In this document: positions 60,052 through 64,000 of the stretch, piece after piece | Layout: every line of letters starts with the position of its first letter | How positions within the stretch are numbered: the stretch's first letter is position 1 | Source: Lama glama | Lineage: Eukaryota | Direction of reading: 5' to 3' | DNA length: 64,000 nucleotides | NCBI GenBank assembly: GCA_028534125.1 | Contig: CM052840.1 | Coordinates: 29,264,001 to 29,328,000 of the forward strand | The notes under the pieces: model-generated | The model's input: only the letters and a program-made list of their open reading frames with translations | Told to the model about the DNA's origin: nothing | Database searches by the model: none | Program-made: the position numbers and the translations under genes

Positions 60052-61525
60052 GCAAAGAGACTCCCTCGCTGGGCTGGCCGCTGGGGCTGGAGACTGAGAC
60101 GGGAAACTACCTCCCTGCATGTTTCCTGGCAGCCAGACCCACGCCTGTTGGCGCCTGCCCGGGGCTCGAGGGACCGCGAGACCCAAGCGCTGAGATAGGC
60201 CGGACCCCCGGCACCCGCCCGGGCCCCGAGCACCCCAGCAGGCACCAGCCTCTGCTGCTCCCCTGTCCCGGGCAGGCGGAGGCCTGACCACCGCCGCCCT
60301 GCCTCCAGACACGCCAGCCTCTTGCCCGGGGGGGTAGCACCTGACACACTCCAGCTGCTCTTGCTCCTTCCTTGACCCCGCAGAGGTGGCGCCTCTCCCT
60401 CCCTCTTACCCCTGAGAGACAGCACGACCCTTCCTTCAACTCAGGCCCTGTCCAGGTACCAGAAATACCGACTCGCAGGTACTTCTTGGTGACTTCCTGT
60501 CCTCATAACGAGACACAGCGGAAAACACCAACTTAATAACATAATAATGTCTCCTGTTTTCGTATCCCTTAGTCAACGGCAAGGGTCTTCACTCCAACCA
60601 CACAAGCCCCAAAAGTCATAAAAACAACCACCAGGGTAGCTGGCCCGTGTCCACCGCAGCCCGGCGCGACCTCGCCCAGCGGGGCCCACGCCAGCTCCAC
60701 TCTAGGTGCAGGACGGAGGCTCGGGTAGGTGAGCGATCGGCCCGCGGCCACACAACCAGCAAACGGCAGGCAAAACTGGGTTTCAAACCAGGTTGCCTAG
60801 GGGCTCACTTGTCCTGCTAGGATTGGGGATCCCTGCCCGCCAGACAGCCGTGGACATGGGCTCCGAGAGGTGAACGGGCACGAGCAGGGTTCACGGCAGG
60901 GCGGGCGGGGTCTTGGGAGTCAGGCAAGCCGGGCCTCGCCTCGAGCCTGGCTGTTCCTGCTGAAAAATCTGGCAGTCTTTAACGCCTGTGGGTCTCGGCT
61001 TCTTTATCTGTGAAACGGGGTGACGCCCCGATCTCCAGCGTGACTGAGTGTTGGACGGAGACCCGCCTGGGCTGGACTTGCCCTACGTGTGCGTTTCCTG
61101 TCCGATCCCCCTGCCCCTCCCGGCCCTTCCTCAAGTTTGCAGTCCTGGAAGCCAAGCCTGTGACGCCCGCCAAGCCCCTCCACACCCTGGGCCTCACACG
61201 GAGACCCAGCACCCCGTTCTGGCCACACGCCCTGAAGATGCCCGTCCTGTGACTCTCTGGCCGCTAGTCTGAGACGGCAAGCCCCGAGCCGGGGCTCTCG
61301 GGCCTCCTCCCTGCAGCCTCGCTGGGGGGTGACTCCCGCTGCGCTCTGGGGGCTGGGGGCCACGGCGGAACCCCACAGGGGGAGGGCAGGCACGCCAGTG
61401 AGAAAAAGCTAGCAAAGGCCTCCCAGAGGCTCCGATAGGCCCGGGACCCTGAGGGGCTCTGCCCTGGGAGCACGTGGGTGGATTTCCGAGTCCACACCCT
61501 ATAAAACAGGAGATATGTGGGTTCT

Positions 61526-61720
61526 CAGGTGGTTCCTAACATTTTCAGGTCACAAACCCTTTTGAAAATCTGACGAAAGCCATGAACTGTCTTGCCCGGG
61601 AGAGATATGATCCCACAAAACTGCACGCTCTCCTCAGGGGCATCCTCAGACCTGCCCTCCCCAGCCGGAGACGCCATCTCAGCAGCCCCCAGGGACCGCC
61701 GCAGGCGGTTAACACCCGGC
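61526..61720. mobile_element. MER117-like hAT MITE
   Basis: caggtggttcctaacattttcaggtcacaaacccttttgaaaatctgacgaaagccatg. Confidence 0.7.
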
Positions 61721-61920
61721 TCCCTCGGTGGGGGCGCTGCTGAGCTCACTTCAGAGCCGCCGAGACAGAGCGACAAGCAACCCAGGGGGACTGGGGGGCC
61801 TCCTTCACGGTGGCTTTCAAACAGAAGGGAGGGGCTCAAGTCCAGGGCTCGGGCTCCCCGAGCAGAGCCAGGGTCGCACTTGCCCAGCTCCGGAGCCCGC
61901 CTGCCCAGCAGCCGCCTTAC

Positions 61921-62050
61921 CTTCCCGGCTCCAATCACCTTCTCTGCCGCGTACACGGCCTGGCTGCACCGAGGGCAGCGCTCGGAGCCGCCGATCTTCT
62001 GGGCAAACTTGGACGCGTTGGGGTTGGTGGTGGGCCTGTGTCCAGGGGCC
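61921..62050 (-). CDS. CSRP1: CSRP1 exon 4 ([43 protein letters not shown])
   Basis: 130 nt; cag| and |GTAAGG borders. Confidence 0.97.
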
Positions 62051-62876
62051 CTGTGTGGGGGAGGACGTGCAGTGAGATGACATCACAGCACGATGCGGGG
62101 AGGGGGCGGCGAGCGGGTATGGGCACGACCCCGCCTCCGACTCGCCAGGCCGTGATCAGGATGGGCTGCTGGGCCTCCGGGGTCATCTCCACTTCACAGC
62201 TGGACACACCAAGGGTCAGTCACTGCCTACACTGACCCCACACGTCCCTCAGACCCCAGGTTAGAACGCTGGAGCCGTGCAACCCTCTGTTTGCCAAGAA
62301 CCGCCCTCCTCTGCCCGCCTCCTGCAGCCTGTCTACTGTGCCAGTGTTTCCGGGAGAAGTCAGCTGGCAAACCCGTCCACGGGGGCCAGGACCTTGGCTG
62401 AAATGTGGGGACCCCTCCATCACTTCCATCCATCCCCCCGGGCTGAAGAGCTGGCCAGGCCGACCACCAGCACCCCCATTCACAGCAGGCCAGTGGTCAG
62501 TGGGTGCTGTGGACCTAGTGACGCCCTGTGTGCTTCCAGGGACTAGACTGACTTCCCCGGAGCGGGGGTGAGTGGGGTCCGGCTGGCACACTCACTGGCT
62601 GTGGCACCCAGCAAGTCACTGAGACTGGCTGGGTTTCCTCATCTGTGGAGAGAAGAGGCAGGACCCTGTAATTCTTGGGGTCCCTCCCAGCTCTGACGCC
62701 CATGAAAAGAGAGGCTGCAGCTGCGTTCAGGGAAGAGCCAGCCTGTTCTAGTCCTGGCCCCTGACCCCTGCTGCTCCAGCTGGCCCGACACACAGTAGGT
62801 GCTCCGTGCTCCGACCTTCCACACTGGGCGGGGGGTGGGGGATGGGGGTGGGGGAGGGGCGGGGCATTGGACTCAC

Positions 62877-63045
62877 TCCTCCTGCTTGATGCCCAGCGAC
62901 TCCCCCCGGTCCATGCTCAGCGTGCCAGCGCCCTGCCCGTAGCCGTAGCCCTTGGGGCCATACTTCTTGCCGTAGCAGGACTTGCAGTAGATCTCCTCGC
63001 CATGCACGGCCACGGTGGTGCTGTCCAGATTCTTCTTGCAGACCA
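62877..63045 (-). CDS. CSRP1: CSRP1 exon 3 ([55 protein letters not shown]), LIM1 plus Gly-rich region; exons 1-2 lie beyond the right edge
   Basis: 169 nt; ctacag| and |GTGAGT borders; phases fit exons 4-6. Confidence 0.97.
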
Positions 63046-63819
63046 CTGTAGGGGGAGGAGGGGAGGACTGAGCCGGTGGGCCCTGCAAGCCCCCTGCCCG
63101 CTGCAGCAGAAGCTCTCTGGGGCTTTGCATACACAGCATCCTGGTCTTTCAGGAGCCTGGAAGTGGAGGTCAGGGGGCCAGGGCGCAGGAGGAGAGAGGA
63201 GGGGTCTAAGGGGGCTGGCTGAGCCCCTCTCCCAGGAGCCGCCTGGGCCCTCCTTGGTCCTCCCACCCGCAGCACTCCCTGCGTTGATCAGAGCCAACCT
63301 GACCCCAAGCCACGGGGAGCCAGCTGAGGGCCTTCACTCTGCCCTTGACAAAGAGACCACGTGTCTGACAGAAGAGGAGAGGGAAGGAAGGGAGGAAGGA
63401 AGACGGACAGGGTGTTCCCGGCCCCAGCAAGCAGCCCAGAGGGCCAGCCGTGCGCGCTCGAGGACAGGGGTGCAGGAGCAGCGAGGCACCCGGTGGGAAG
63501 GCCAGCATTCACTAAGCGCACAGCATGGTGGCCTTTGGGACGAGGTAGAGGCCACCTCCCACAGCCGTGCGAGGCCAAGTTTCTAATCTCAGAAATCACG
63601 TTGCCACAGGGGGAGCCGAAGTGGGACGCTGGGAGGAGTGTCCTGACTCCAGGGCTAAGAGGCAGAAACGGGGTAAACTAGGAAGGCCGTGGGCCAAGTG
63701 TGTCCTCCTGCGCTCTCCCATGGGGCCTGGGCCCAGAGCCCACCCGACTCCACCCCTTCCCGCGGGCGACCCGGACTGTGCCTTCCTAGCCTCTGCGTCC
63801 TCTGGGTGACGCAGACAGC

Positions 63820-63930
63820 AGGGGCGACCCCAGAAGTGGTTGTGAGAACTAAACGAGAGCTTGCGTGGGAAGTACTTAGCACAGCACCTGCACACAGTAG
63901 GCCACAGTAAATGTCAGCTCCTATCAGTAT
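63820..63930 (+). mobile_element. MIR 3' fragment
   Basis: gtggttgtgagaactaaacgag…aagtacttagcacagcacctgcacacagtaggccacagtaaatgtcagct. Confidence 0.7.
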
Positions 63931-64000
63931 CACACAGAATTAGAGCCGTGGGAACACAACGGAGCGTTGGGGGTCAGGACTCAAGATCGTCTTATTAATT

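Noticed and set aside
59238-60425. 395-aa minus-strand ORF in a CSRP1 intron, and similar 200-300 aa ORFs elsewhere
   Set aside because: No recognisable domain, out of frame with the CSRP1 exon it overlaps, composition typical of GC-rich non-coding DNA

Overview
GC-rich mammalian genomic DNA containing the conserved LAD1-TNNI1-PHLDA3-CSRP1 block (syntenic with human 1q32.1), with all four genes on the minus strand. The window holds LAD1 exon 1 and its CpG-island promoter (~4.8-5.5 kb). It holds the complete 9-exon slow skeletal troponin I gene TNNI1 (187 aa, including a 4-nt micro-exon and the SURE/USE slow-fibre enhancer). It holds PHLDA3 (single coding exon, 122 aa, middle masked by 148 N; p53 element at the TSS; 3'UTR intron) and the last four exons plus 3'UTR of CSRP1. 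Two tRNA-derived SINEs resembling the camelid Vic-1 family suggest alpaca, llama or camel. Intergenic DNA carries a Charlie1-type hAT relic, two solo ERV1-type LTRs of one family with perfect 4-bp TSDs flanking PHLDA3, a MER41-like LTR, an LTR-int-LTR MaLR, and L2/MIR/HAL1/MER5/MER117 relics. Almost all ORFs in the supplied track are GC-content noise. I found no convincing undescribed gene system; the best leads are regulatory and splicing oddities. Comparisons to human/rodent orthologues and repeat consensuses are from memory and need alignment.
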